Positions 33,325-47,641 of a stretch of DNA of 64,000 nucleotides are shown one piece after another. A model generated the notes under the pieces. That model was not told where the DNA came from. It worked only from the letters and a program-made list of their open reading frames with translations, and ran no database searches. Source of the stretch: Vulcanimicrobiota bacterium (GTDB lineage: Bacteria > Vulcanimicrobiota > Vulcanimicrobiia > Eremiobacterales > Eremiobacteraceae); NCBI GenBank assembly GCA_963812135.1, contig CAWETU010000001.1:256001-320000 (forward strand), given 5' to 3'. Position numbers and translations under genes: made by a program. Within the stretch, counting starts at the first letter, position 1. Each line of letters starts with the position of its first letter.

Positions 33325-35571
33325 CTAGAATGCTTGGCCGAAGCCGAACGAGATATGACTGCCTTGCTGGCTGGTGGCCAGGTCGATACGGATCTGCTGC
33401 GGCAGAATGGGCGTGGTCAGACGGATGCCGAACCCGACATCCGTCAAGAAGCTATACGGCAGCTGCCGGTAAGTGAACGGTTGAATCGGTCCGATCGTGA
33501 CCGGGGCGTGCGGACCCGACGGCGGTACCGGCGTCGGCGCTGGCGTCGGACCTGGGACCGCCTGGATATACGGCGCGGCGCCGGTATCGGTGAACAACAC
33601 GACCTGCAGTTTGTGGTCCGAGGTCACCGGCAAACGCAGCTCGGCTTGCCCGAGCAGCTCACGGCTGCCGTAGTAGACGAATTTCGTGCCGCGCAGCTGC
33701 TGGTCGGAGAGGCTGAACAGCTCGTTGTACGGCAGCGATGTGCCGCCGCTCGAGAAACCATACACGAAGTTGAAGCCGAAGGTCGAGTGCCGGCGCACCG
33801 GATAGAACCGCGTGAGCTGGAAGATGCCTTTGTTGTAGTGGAAGTCCGATCCGAGGAACGGCAGCGCGGCCTCATCGTAGATCGACGTCACGCCGCCGTA
33901 GCGAGGATTTTGGACATCGTCTCGATTGTCGCGCACCAGGCTCGCGTTGATCGAGCGCAGCGCCTGCGCCGGCTGGCTGCCGCCGACGGTCACGCCGGCG
34001 CCGGGCGTTGTCACGCCAAGCGTCGTTTGGTCGAGCAACGATTGCGGGAAGCCTTGCGCGGTGAACTCTTGGGAAAGCCGCGTCGCCGAGATGCCGTAGT
34101 ACAGACGCGTGTAATCGGCGACCGGATGGCCGGTCGTGATCGCGATGCCTGCCTGGCGCGACGAGAAGTCGGCGAACTGACTCGAGCACGGCGTCGAACT
34201 CGACTGGCACACCGTCGTGAGCCCCGGTACGGGCGTCGCCGTCAGCGGTCCGGTGGTCACCACGCCGCCGGGCGGCGAGAGCGAGTAGAACGGATTGTTG
34301 CCCGACTCTTTGTACACCGGGTACGGCTGGTTGGTCACGACGTTGTTGAAGATGTTCACCGATAACGACGTCGCCTTGAACTTTTTCAGGTACGGAACGG
34401 TGATGCCGAAGTTCACGTTGGACGTGTATTGGCCGCGCGACGCCGAGATCGACGCGCCGTTGCCGGTGCCGTCCACGTTGCTCTCCGAGTAGGAGATGTT
34501 GCCCGACAAGCCCTGGCCGTACGTGCCGCCGCCGCCGTAGCTCAAGCCGACGCTTGCGGTGCCGGTGCGTTGCTCTTGCACCGTCCACACGAGCGTGACG
34601 TAGCCGCACTTGTCGCCGAACGGCTTGATCGATAGGTCGACGGTCTTGAAGAACTGCGTGTTGTTTATCGCCTCGTAATCGCGGCGCAGGCGGTTGTCGG
34701 TGATGAGATCGCCCGGCTTGAGCAGCAAGAGGCGGCGGATGACATAGTCCTTTGTCTTCGAATTGCCGAGGATCTCGACCGCGCCGACCTTGGACTCGCA
34801 CACCGATACGTCGACGACGCCGGCGCTGTTGGGATCGACGCTGCCGTCAACGATCGCGGAGAAACCGAGATCCTTGTACAGGTTTTGGATCGCTTGCAGG
34901 TCGTCGCCGAATGTCTGCTGCGAGAACGTCGAGCCGGGTTTGGTCTTCATCACCGCGAGGATCGCAGGCGTGCGGATGATCTCGTTGCCTTTGACGTCGA
35001 TCTTCGTGACGGTGACGCCTTCTTTGACGTCGATGAGCAGGTGGCCGTCGGGATCGATATGGATGTTCTTGACGTGGCGGGTACCCGTGTAGCCAAGCTT
35101 GTCGTAATATGAATTGATCTTCGCGACGTCGTCGCGCAGCGTGTTGGTGTCGAGCACCGAACCGGTCGACGTGTCCATGAGCGCGGTCAAGATGTCGCTC
35201 GAGACGTGCGTGTTGCCGTCGAACGTGATCTTCGAGATGACGGGATTTTCGATGACGATGAACGTGACGGCGATGCCGCCGGGCGCGGCGCGCAGATCGG
35301 TCTTCACGTCGGAGAAATAACCGAGCCCGAGGATCGCGTTCTGATCCGCCGCGATCTGCTTCGTGTCGAGCGGCGCGCCGGGCCGCGTCTTGATCACGGC
35401 GCCGATCTTATCGGTCGGGATGTGCGTGTTGCCTTTGATGTTGACCGCGGTGACGATCGGGGTGGGCGCCGCGGGCGTGGCCTGCGGAATGAAGGCCACC
35501 GCGAGGGCTGCTGCGGCGAGCACCACAGCCGCACTCCGCATGACGAAAGGCAACAGTTGGGAACTCCTCAT
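33325..35571 (-). CDS. bamA: Omp85/BamA-family outer-membrane assembly factor
   Basis: Signal peptide, three to four POTRA repeats (IKGN, FDGN, VKGN, ILGN..TKD), RDNRD, GFGIR, C-terminal FGFGQAF. Start uncertain (35571 or 35541). Confidence 0.88.
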   Translation of the reverse strand: MRSSQLLPFVMRSAAVVLAAAALAVAFIPQATPAAPTPIVTAVNIKGNTHIPTDKIGAVIKTRPGAPLDTKQIAADQNAILGLGYFSDVKTDLRAAPGGIAVTFIVIENPVISKITFDGNTHVSSDILTALMDTSTGSVLDTNTLRDDVAKINSYYDKLGYTGTRHVKNIHIDPDGHLLIDVKEGVTVTKIDVKGNEIIRTPAILAVMKTKPGSTFSQQTFGDDLQAIQNLYKDLGFSAIVDGSVDPNSAGVVDVSVCESKVGAVEILGNSKTKDYVIRRLLLLKPGDLITDNRLRRDYEAINNTQFFKTVDLSIKPFGDKCGYVTLVWTVQEQRTGTASVGLSYGGGGTYGQGLSGNISYSESNVDGTGNGASISASRGQYTSNVNFGITVPYLKKFKATSLSVNIFNNVVTNQPYPVYKESGNNPFYSLSPPGGVVTTGPLTATPVPGLTTVCQSSSTPCSSQFADFSSRQAGIAITTGHPVADYTRLYYGISATRLSQEFTAQGFPQSLLDQTTLGVTTPGAGVTVGGSQPAQALRSINASLVRDNRDDVQNPRYGGVTSIYDEAALPFLGSDFHYNKGIFQLTRFYPVRRHSTFGFNFVYGFSSGGTSLPYNELFSLSDQQLRGTKFVYYGSRELLGQAELRLPVTSDHKLQVVLFTDTGAAPYIQAVPGPTPAPTPVPPSGPHAPVTIGPIQPFTYRQLPYSFLTDVGFGIRLTTPILPQQIRIDLATSQQGSHISFGFGQAF

Positions 35572-35743
35572 CAAACGTGCCGACCCGCTGACGCGCCCCT
35601 CCTGGGCAGACAACCGAGCGGGCGGCGGCCCAGTTTTTGCCGCCGCCCGCGAGAGCTTTTCCGGGCCGCGTTGGGTTTGGTTTGAGTGGCCAGGCTTCCC
35701 ACGCTTTTAGGGACATTCCTGCCCGGCGGCCCATTCGTGGGCC

Positions 35744-38700
35744 TCACTTGAACGTCACACGCACGCGTATGTCGTACGAGATGAATCCGCTCGGCGCAGT
35801 CGTCGACGCGAAATCGAGCGCCGCGTAGTCGCGCACGTAGTACGACGTCCCCCAATACTGCGTGATGGGCTGCGTCGTGGTGGAGCCGTAGAGCAGCGCG
35901 ACCGTCGGCGAGACGAACTTGCGCACCTCGATGACGATCTGACCCTGGGTATTGAATGAGAACGACACTTCCTCGATATTCAGCGACTGCGACAACGCGC
36001 TCGAGAGCGGCGCGAGGAAGCTGCGCGTCAGCTCCGCGCCGAGCAAGCGCTGCGCGCCGGCGCCTAATGTCTGCTGGTTGATGCCGCCCGTGAGCGCGCC
36101 GACGTCCGAGCCGGTCAAGATCGTCGCCACGATCCCTTCAGGCGTTTGGCCTTGGCTTGACGAGAGCACCGTGTTCAGACGATCGATGCGCCCGGTGACG
36201 TCCATCGTGATCCGGTCGCCGCCGATCGTCGTCGAGGCACGCGCGTCGAGCGACGGCAAGACGCCCTGATCGGGACTGAACGAGAGGACGCCGCGCTCGA
36301 CGCGGAAGGTGACGCCGTACGCGCCGATGGTGCCGCGCTTGGAGAGAAATTCGCCGGCGAGCTGCGGGTCGCGCACGGAGCCGTCGATCGCGAGCGTGCC
36401 GTCCGTCGTCAAGTCGACCGCACCGCCGCGCACGCGCACGTTGTTGGCTTTCGCGGTCACCTGCAGATTGACCGACGGCAGATCGAAGATGGTGGGCGCC
36501 GGCGTCTGCAGCGCGGCCGGCGTGAGCAGATGCAAGCCCGGCGGATACACGCCGCCGCCATACGCGATCATGTGGCCCGGCAACACCGCCGGCACGCCCG
36601 GGATGTTCGTGGTCGGCGGCGGACCCGAGGTGTCGCCGAGCATCGTCGCCACCTGTACGATGGCGGAGAGCGGAATCGCGCCGTCGCGCAACGCGACATC
36701 CCCGTAGAACAGCGGCGTCGACCCTGATTTCGACAGACCGAGGTCGCCGTTCACCGTGCCCGAGATCCAATTCGGCATCGCGAGTGGAAAATTGATCGCA
36801 TGCAACGTCGCGTAATAGGCGAGACCCGGCGTGTGCCGCAAGCCGACCGCGGGGACGATGTACGCGGCGCCGCTTCCGCCGAACGTGCCCTTGCCTGCTT
36901 TGCCGGTGAGATTGGAAAGCGTGATCGCGTCCTGCGACAACGCGAGATCGGCGCCGATCGCTTCGAGCGGCACGGTCTGATATCGCGGCGATACGACGGA
37001 ACCCTGGCGCAGATGCGCCGAGCCGGCGACGCGCGGACTGCCCGCGGTGCCGCTCATCGACGCGTTGGCGTCGAGCATGCCGCCGACCGTGCCGAACTGT
37101 TTGAGCAGCGGATCGAACGCCGCCATGTCCACATGCGTCGCCTGTACGCGCAAGTCGATCGGCCGGCGCGGCGGTCCCAGCGCGAACGGCACGAGTTCGA
37201 GCGGCAATGTTCCGGCAAGCGTCACGCTGCCGTGGCCGTGCGCCAGACGCAATTCCGTATCGCCGATCGCGAGCTCGTTCTTCGAGTAGGTGGCGCGCGC
37301 TGCGAGCTGATCGTACGCGACGCCGAACAGCGTGCCCGGCGCGGCGTTCACCGTGCCGTGCAACACCGGCAGCCGCACGGTACCGGCGACTTGCAGCTGT
37401 GCCTGCGCGCTGCCGCTCACGTCGCCGCTGCGGCCCGCAAGCGCCGCGAGGCCGCTCAAATCGGTGATCGAGATCTGCGCGTCGCCGGCGATCGCGCCGC
37501 TGGGGGCGAAACTTCCGTTCGCGCTCGCATGGCCGAACGGCACCTCGACGTACGCATCGCGCAGCGAGACGCGCGTGCCGTCGCTGACGAGTCGAGCCCG
37601 CGCGGTTCGCACCGGCACTTTGTTCACGTAGCCCTCGCGCACCGCGAAGGCGACGTCGACCGACGGCCGGCGGAAGCTGCCGCCGACACTGCCGTCCGCA
37701 TCCATCAAGCCGCGCATGCCGACATCTTCAAGCCCGGTGAGGCGGGCCACCAATCCGAGATCGATGTTCGTCGCGCGTGCGCCGAAGCGATAGGTCGCGC
37801 TCTGGACGTCCGGGATCGCGGCCGCGTGGCCGTGAAACGTGATGTCGCCGGCGAGCGTGCTCGCGCCGAGCTCGCCTTGTTGCGCGAGATCGAGGTGCAG
37901 CGCGTCCGTGCCGACGCCGCGCAGCGACAGATCCACCTGGCCAAGCGGAATGCCGGCGACCTGTGCGTCCGAGAGCACGACGTGCCCGCGCGCGTTGACG
38001 CTGCCCGGTGCGAGCGCCAGCGAGAGCGTCGCGGGGCCGATGCCCTCGAGCACGTCGCGCCCTTCGAAGAAATCATTGATATCGGACAGATCGATGTGCG
38101 TGCTTGCGACGTGAACGCTCGCCTCGCGCGGCGAGTAACTGCCGCCAAACGCGAGGCGCGTGTCGCCATGCTGGGTCGAGCCGTTGCGGATGGTGATCCC
38201 GCCGTCGCGATACGCAAACGTGCTCGCGTTTCCGAGCAGCGTGACGCCGCGCAACGTCGCGGCGCCGCTTGCGAGCGATCCGGCGACGTGCGGCGCGTTT
38301 GCGTTCCCGGCAATCGTCATGTGCGCATCAAACGCGCCGGTCACCGGCATCGCCGGCGGCAGATAGCCCTGGACGATCGCGAGATTTCCGTCGTTCACCG
38401 CCGCGGTCGCGTCGAGCGCGACGTCGCGCAATGATGCGCTCGGCGCGATGCCGCGCGCCGAACCGCGCAGTTGCACGCGCGTGCCCGCGACGTCGACGTT
38501 GCCTGACGCGCGCAGGACGCTGCCAGCGAACGCGAGATCGGCCGATGCGTCAAGCGGCATGCGCCCGTAGCGCCCGCCCGCAACCGACACGCCGGCCGAC
38601 AGATCCGGTCCGTGCTTCGTCGTCGCGATGGTGCCGATCAGCACCGCCGTGCCAGCATCAAGGGGCGATCCGCTCTGGCGCAACGCGCGCATATCGATCC

Positions 38701-40940
38701 CGCTCGCGAAGACGTCGGAGCGAGCGGTGGTGCCGATCGCGGCGATCGTGCCGCCCAATGCGCCGCCGTCGAGCGCGTAGCGCAACGGCTGACGTCCGCC
38801 TGCGGTCGCGTTGAGCGTCGCGCCGCGCAAAGGCACGCCGGCCAACGTCGCGTCGCCGTCGCGCGTCGCGACCGACGCGGCCCAGCCGGTGTCGCTCATG
38901 GCCGCTTCGAAATCGCCTCGTAGGCTGCCGCCCAACGAGACACCGGGCACCGATGGCGCATTGGCCAGATCGATCGCGCCGCTCCCGCGAAGTTCGGCGG
39001 CCGCGTGCAACGTGTTCATGTTCACGGCAGCGATACCGGACGCGCGCATCGTCGCATCGCGTCCGCGCAGCGTGAACGCATCAAGCGAGATGCGCGGACC
39101 ATTACCATGCGCCCGGAGCGCGACGTCGTCGATGCGCTCCGCGCCGAAAACAACGCGCCGCCCGTGCATGTCGATAGCGGTCTGCAAGTCGCCGCCGGGC
39201 GGGTCCGCACCGCGCACCAGCGCGACGCCGTCGAAGATCCCGGCGACGCGCGGCAGCGAGATGGGTGCGGCGATTCCCGGGCAGCGATGCTGCTCCGGCG
39301 CTGAGCTCCACCGGAGCATGCGACGCGATGACGCTCGCGAAGAGCGCTCGGTCGGCCGGATTTGAATGGTCGTATGCGGTGCGCGCGCTCACGTCGCCCC
39401 CCGGCCACGCGACGAGCAGTGCGCCGACCGCCGACCTGCCGAATGTGCCGCCTGCCGCTGCCGTGGCGACCGCACCGCGGCCGCCAAGCGTCCGGGCGAA
39501 GACGTTGAACTCAGCGCTGCTCGGAGAACCGTCGATCGAGAGCAGCGTCGCGATGTCGCCGCCGCGATTGAGATTGACGATCACCGGCACGTCCGCGCTC
39601 GGCATGCGCGCGCGCACGATAGCCTGGATTTCGGGTTCGCTTGCCGTGAGCGCGACGTCGCCGTCCGCCCATACGTGGCCGCGGTCGTACTGCGCATCGA
39701 CCTGCGGCATCGTCACGTGGTTGTTCTGATAGTAGAAAGCGGCGTGCGCCGCACGCACGGGGATGCCGAGGACATGCGCGTCGCCCGGCGCGGCGATGGC
39801 GCCGGCCACGTGGACGTCGTGCAGCAGGCCGTCGACACGCAGCCGCCCGTCGAAGCCGCCGTCCAACGCGCTCGTGCGCGCGAACGTCAGCAAGTGTTTC
39901 CCGTCGCGCAAATCGCCGCGCGTGCGCGCGCTGAATGCGAGGCGCACGCCGTCGACGAGACGGATGCTGCCCGCTGCGATGACCGGCAGCCGCGCGGCGG
40001 TGCCGGTGAGCGAGGCAAATCCGAGGTAGCCGCCGCCGAGCGTGAGCGCTCCGCGCATGTCGCGTACCGGCACATCGAGCGGCACGACGCGGAACTGGCC
40101 GCCGGTCAGCTCGGCTCGGGCGCTCGCGTGCCACGTCGGTCCAGTACTGCTCGAGTAGCCCGCATCGTACGCGCGGATCGTCACGTCCGCGACGCCGCGC
40201 TCCGCCGCGAACAACGGCGTTGAGATGAACGCGTCGAGGGGCGGCGCGACCGCGGCGCCCCGCGCCACGAACTGCGCTTGCGCAAAACCTACCGTGTCGT
40301 CTTCGGATACGGCCCCACGGATCACGGTGGTGGCTCCTTCGGCCGCGTATCGCGCGAACGCACGGCCCACGAGCCGTCCGCCATGCGCGTCGGCGGCGAG
40401 CTGGACATCGGTCACCGAGAACGCGCGCCCCGGTCGCGCGAACGCCGTCGGGTTCTCGACGTCGACTTGGCCGGCGGTTAGGCGAAACGTGAGTTCCAGC
40501 GGCGGCAGCGGGTTGGCATGTGGCGCAACGGCCGCCGACGGCGCCCCGGCGCGAGGCGCGAACGGGGAGAGATTCGTCGAGCCGTCCGGCAGCACGAAGA
40601 TACGCAGTGCAGGGCGCGTGATATCGAGCGCGCGGATGCCGTAGCGCCGGTCGCTGCGTCCGATCAGCACGCGCCAGTCGTAGTCGACGGTCAAGCGGTC
40701 GGCGGACAACACGCGCCCGTGCCGGTCGTCGATCTGCAGCCCGGTCGCGGTCAAGCGGTCGCTCGCCACGCGCAGATCGCCTCGGGCGAGGTACATCCCG
40801 TGCCAAGCGAGGTACGCCGAGAACGCGCCGCGCGCCAGTACCGACCGCGGGCCTTCGAAGCTCAGCGCCAGTATGAGGAGCGCCGCCACGGCCACGGTCG
40901 CCAGCACGGCGCGGAGCGCGAAAACCCGACGGGAAGCCAT
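35744..40940 (-). CDS. tamB: TamB/AsmA-like translocation-assembly protein (DUF490 at C-terminus), split by a +1 frameshift near 39275-39281
   Basis: N-terminal TM in ORF 39102-40940; repeated G/A-rich beta motifs and C-terminal PSLDARA / LNIEEV in ORF 35744-39319. Removing one base in CCCGGGAA gives ASL-PGIAAP. Lies directly upstream of bamA. Confidence 0.75.
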
Positions 40941-41033
40941 CTACAGGACCCTATTCCCCTTTATGCCTGCGCGCACATGGCGGGGCGGCCTCTGGGACGT
41001 CACACCCTGGCCGCGCAGATATAAATGAAGATT

Positions 41034-42698
41034 CTAGATCGACCACTCCCAGGTGTTCCAGAACTGGGTCACCGCGTGGGCCGGCTTAAAACCCTTGAAA
41101 TCGGTGTTGTAGACGTTGACGCGCCGGCTGAACCAGACGACCAAGAACGGCTGGTCGACCGAGAGCCAGCGCTGGATCTCGTCGTACGCTTTCTTGCGCG
41201 TGGGTTGGTCGTACGAGCTCAACGCGATACGCTCGGCCGCGTCGAGCTTCGGATTGCAATAATGATAGACGTTCTGCCCGACGGGCGGCCACTGATCGCA
41301 CATCGTGAAGACGGAGTCGTCGGGATCGACACCGTTGACCCATGAGAAGAACGCGACGTCGAACTTGCCGGTTTGGATGATCCCGCCTTCCGCGTAGTTC
41401 GCAAAACCAATGGCTTGGCTATACCGTTTTACCGCCAAGTCGACGCCGACGGCTTTCCAGTTCTGCTGCAAGACACCGAACACGACGGTCTCGATCGCGG
41501 AGCCGGCGGTACCTGCGGCGATCAGCTCGAGCTTCTGGCCAGCCTTGTAGCGATACCCGTCTGCGCCGAGTTTCCAGCCCGCGGCGTCCAGCAACGCGCC
41601 GGCGCGCGCAGGATCGTACGGATATTTCGCGACGTCTGGATTGTATGCCCATAAGAACGCGGGTTGGTCACTGTCCGAGGGCAAGGGGACGCCGTGTGCG
41701 GCTTTGTTGATGATGCTGTCGCGATCGGTGGCGTACGCGAGCGCCTGACGCACGCGCACGTCGCGCAGGCTCGGGCGCGCGATGTTGTAGCCGAGCATGG
41801 CGAACGCGGTGAACGGATTGAGGTTCACGTTCACTCCATCGATGGTCCGTAGCTCCGACACCAGCGATTGCGACGCCCCATACGTGAAATCGATCTCGTG
41901 CGTGCGCAGCTGCGTGAGGAGCGTCTCGTCGTTGGGGATGATATGGTACTCGATGGTCTTGAGCTTCGGCGGTCCGCGCCAGTAGTGGGGATTCGCGACG
42001 AGCGTGATCGAGCTGCCCTTGTGCCACTCGACGACTTTGAACGGTCCGGTGCCGACCGGCAGATTGTTGTATGCCGCGCGGTTGATATCGGACATGCCCG
42101 AGAGCAGATGCTTGGGCAGGATGGAGTACGGGGTGCTGCTCATCGTGAAAAACGTCGCGACGAACGGCGCGTATGGGTGTTTCAAATGAACGACGATCGT
42201 GTGGTCGTCGCGTTTGTCGATGCGGCTGATCAAATCGTAACCCAAACGCCCGCCGACGTTGTTGTTCGGATTCATCACTTGTTGCCAGGTGAAGATGACG
42301 TCGTCGGCGCCGTACGGCGCGCCATCCTGCCATGTCACGCCGGGGCGAAGATGGTAGGTGATGGCGAGCCCGTCCTTGCTGATGCCGCCGTTGTTCAGCG
42401 ACGGGACTTGCGTCGCGAGTTCGGGCACCCACTGGTTTTCGTCGCTCCAATTGAAGAGATAGCCCGACCAGAACATCGAGATCTCGATCGTGGTCTGATC
42501 GGTCGTCAGCAACGGGTTCAAGTTGGCGGGATCGAAGTTCTCGCCCATGCGCAGCACGCCGTGATGCGTATACGCGTGCGCGCCGCCAGGCGGCCCTGTC
42601 TGCGTGCTGACCTTGGTGCATGCGAGCGGTACGAGCGCGATCGCCGCGCAGATACACGTGAGCGACGCGCGCGACAACGAGCGAGCCATGACGTTCAT
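41034..42698 (-). CDS. ABC transporter substrate-binding lipoprotein, family 5 (peptide/nickel)
   Basis: LAC lipobox; LNPLL, LRPGVTWQDG, GTGPF, NPHYW, VRQALAYA, WNTWEW; start ATG 42698 overlaps the hpnI stop. Confidence 0.9.
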   Translation of the reverse strand: MNVMARSLSRASLTCICAAIALVPLACTKVSTQTGPPGGAHAYTHHGVLRMGENFDPANLNPLLTTDQTTIEISMFWSGYLFNWSDENQWVPELATQVPSLNNGGISKDGLAITYHLRPGVTWQDGAPYGADDVIFTWQQVMNPNNNVGGRLGYDLISRIDKRDDHTIVVHLKHPYAPFVATFFTMSSTPYSILPKHLLSGMSDINRAAYNNLPVGTGPFKVVEWHKGSSITLVANPHYWRGPPKLKTIEYHIIPNDETLLTQLRTHEIDFTYGASQSLVSELRTIDGVNVNLNPFTAFAMLGYNIARPSLRDVRVRQALAYATDRDSIINKAAHGVPLPSDSDQPAFLWAYNPDVAKYPYDPARAGALLDAAGWKLGADGYRYKAGQKLELIAAGTAGSAIETVVFGVLQQNWKAVGVDLAVKRYSQAIGFANYAEGGIIQTGKFDVAFFSWVNGVDPDDSVFTMCDQWPPVGQNVYHYCNPKLDAAERIALSSYDQPTRKKAYDEIQRWLSVDQPFLVVWFSRRVNVYNTDFKGFKPAHAVTQFWNTWEWSI

Positions 42699-43908
42699 CG
42701 GCGAGCCTCCGTTTCGTCGGCAGCAGTTTGGGCAGCGCGGGTGTGTGGCCTCTGCGGCACGGCGGCGACGATGCGTCCTCGGGCGTCGATGCGCAGCGCC
42801 CGATCGCGCCAACGCACGCCTCGGCCGAAGAAGCTGCACGCCCACACGGCCAGGCCCATGACGTCGCGCAGCGGCACGAGCCACAACGGATCGCGACCGC
42901 GCGCGCGCAGCCCGGCCCTCGACGCGTAATGCGACGCGACGCGCAGCGCCACAGCGGCTCCGAGGATCGCCATGGCGAGCGTTGTGCTCCCCGCGACGAG
43001 CAGGTAGACCAGGGCCGGCGGCCAGACGAACGTGATGAAGTAGCCCATGTATCCCCAGGGGCGAGCGGCGCGGCTGGTACGCGCCCAGCGCAGTTCGTGC
43101 GACCACAGCGCGTGCATCGTCGGCTCGTCGACGATATGATCGACGACGTACGGCGCGATTTCGACGCGTAACCCGCCGCGGCTGATTAGTTCGCCCAGCA
43201 TTTGATCATCGGCGAGGAAGTCCGACAGCGCCGCGAAGCCGCCGATGGCGTCCAATGCACGGCGCGTCACCGCCATCGTCGCACCCAGACAAAAACGCAC
43301 GCCGCCGCCGGCGGCCACGAGAACCGACGGGATGAACTGATCGTCGATCATAAGCGCGCCGAGCGCCGACGCGATGCCCGCACGCGGCGCGCCGCGATAG
43401 ACGCAGGTAGCCGCGCCGACGTCGTCGTCCGCAAACGCGCTCGCGACGGCGCGCAGGTAGCCAGCGTCGACGCGCGTGTCGCTGTCGGCGACGACGAGCA
43501 GCTCGTGCGCTGCCGACTTCACCATCTCCATAAGCTGCGCGACTTTGAGATTCCGAGCCGACGCCGCGCGCCCGGTGACGAGCACGATCGCCCGGCCGGG
43601 AAACGCGCGCGCGACGTCCGCGATGACCGCGGCCGCGGGATCGTCGGCTTGCGGGATGCCGAACACGACTTGGAATTGTGGATAGTCTTGCGCGCAAAAC
43701 GTGCAGAGATTCTCGTAGAGGCCCGCTTCGAGCCCGGCGACCGGCTTGAGTATCGTGATCGCGGGTGAGGGAGCGGTCGAGTTTACTCGACCGTTCTCGT
43801 ACGCCTTGAGCCGCGCGCCGAACGCGAGCATGCGAGCGAGCGCGATCACGGCGTACGCGAGCGCGCAGGCGCACAGCGCGAGCAGCGTGTACGCGACGAG
43901 CGCGTGCG

Positions 43909-43912
<4 letters not shown>
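42695..43912 (-). CDS. hpnI: Hopanoid-associated glycosyltransferase (HpnI / ceramide glucosyltransferase family)
   Basis: ILKPVAG, QDYP, NLKV, ADSD, GATMA, LADD, HELRWART; adjacent to hpnK. Confidence 0.82.
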
Positions 43913-46661
<2,749 letters not shown>

Positions 46662-46732
46662 TCACAAAGCGGGCGAGCCACGCTCGCCCTGCTCCAGAAA
46701 TACCGTTCGACTCGATATTTTTGATGAGGTCG

Positions 46733-47641
46733 TTATTTCGTTGATTTCTCGCGAACCGGCCGCGCCGCCTTTCGCCAGAGCACATCCGCCCACGCTCGTC
46801 CGAGCACGCCGGCCAGCGCCGCCTCGCTCAGATCGTCCTTGCGCCGCTGCGTCGCGAGCATGGCATAGCTCCACGCGACCACGCGATCGGATGCGTCGAG
46901 CGCGTCGCGCCGGAGCCGTTGGCGCGCGTTGAACACCTGCTGCTCCCATTGCGTCATCAGCGTCCGCCGCACGCGTTCGTAGCTGCGCAAGTCGACGCCG
47001 GGCACGTGCTCGCGCAGTTCCTTGAACGTCAACCACGGCGCGCCCGCGATCGCCCCGGCGATGCGGCCGTCGGCCGCGCGGCGCGACGCATCTGCGCACA
47101 CGACGCACATGGGCGTCCTCGTCGCGACATCCGCCCAGCAGCCGCACGTGGCGCACCGCCGCCAACCGGCTTGCGCGCGCTGCGCGTCGAGCGCCGCCTG
47201 TTCCCGGCGCAAGCGCTGCAGCAATTCCTCGAGGCTTTCCCCCGCAGCGGCGCCGTCGTCAACCCCCGCGCTTGCGGCCTCGTGCGCCCGAGGTCGCCGA
47301 CGGGGGCGCGCCGGCGCAGCGCCAACGAGCAGTGCGCGGCTGCGGCCGGTCGCCACGATGAACTTCAAGCGCCGCAGGTCCACGCCCGGACACCGCTCGC
47401 GCAGACGCTCGATGATCGTCGGCGCTAAGAACGTGAGCTGGTGGCTCCACGCGCTGCTCGGCGTCAAGACGGTCAACGTGCCGTCGCGATACGTCGCCGC
47501 CCGCGTGCGTCGCGCGACGTCGGCGCCGACGCTCTCCGGCCACGCCGCCGCCAGCGCTCCAGCCTCGCCGCCGGCGCGCGTGCGCTCCCCCGCCGGCCTG
47601 TATGCCGCGAGCAATGCGCGCAGCGATTGCGGTCCGGTCAT
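46733..47641 (-). CDS. DUF721 (DciA-like) protein with Zn-ribbon
   Basis: AAAWPESVGADVA..T......DGTLTV....SAWSHQL; CATC and CVVC; lies between recF and gyrB; ATGA overlap. Confidence 0.8.
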   Translation of the reverse strand: MTGPQSLRALLAAYRPAGERTRAGGEAGALAAAWPESVGADVARRTRAATYRDGTLTVLTPSSAWSHQLTFLAPTIIERLRERCPGVDLRRLKFIVATGRSRALLVGAAPARPRRRPRAHEAASAGVDDGAAAGESLEELLQRLRREQAALDAQRAQAGWRRCATCGCWADVATRTPMCVVCADASRRAADGRIAGAIAGAPWLTFKELREHVPGVDLRSYERVRRTLMTQWEQQVFNARQRLRRDALDASDRVVAWSYAMLATQRRKDDLSEAALAGVLGRAWADVLWRKAARPVREKSTK

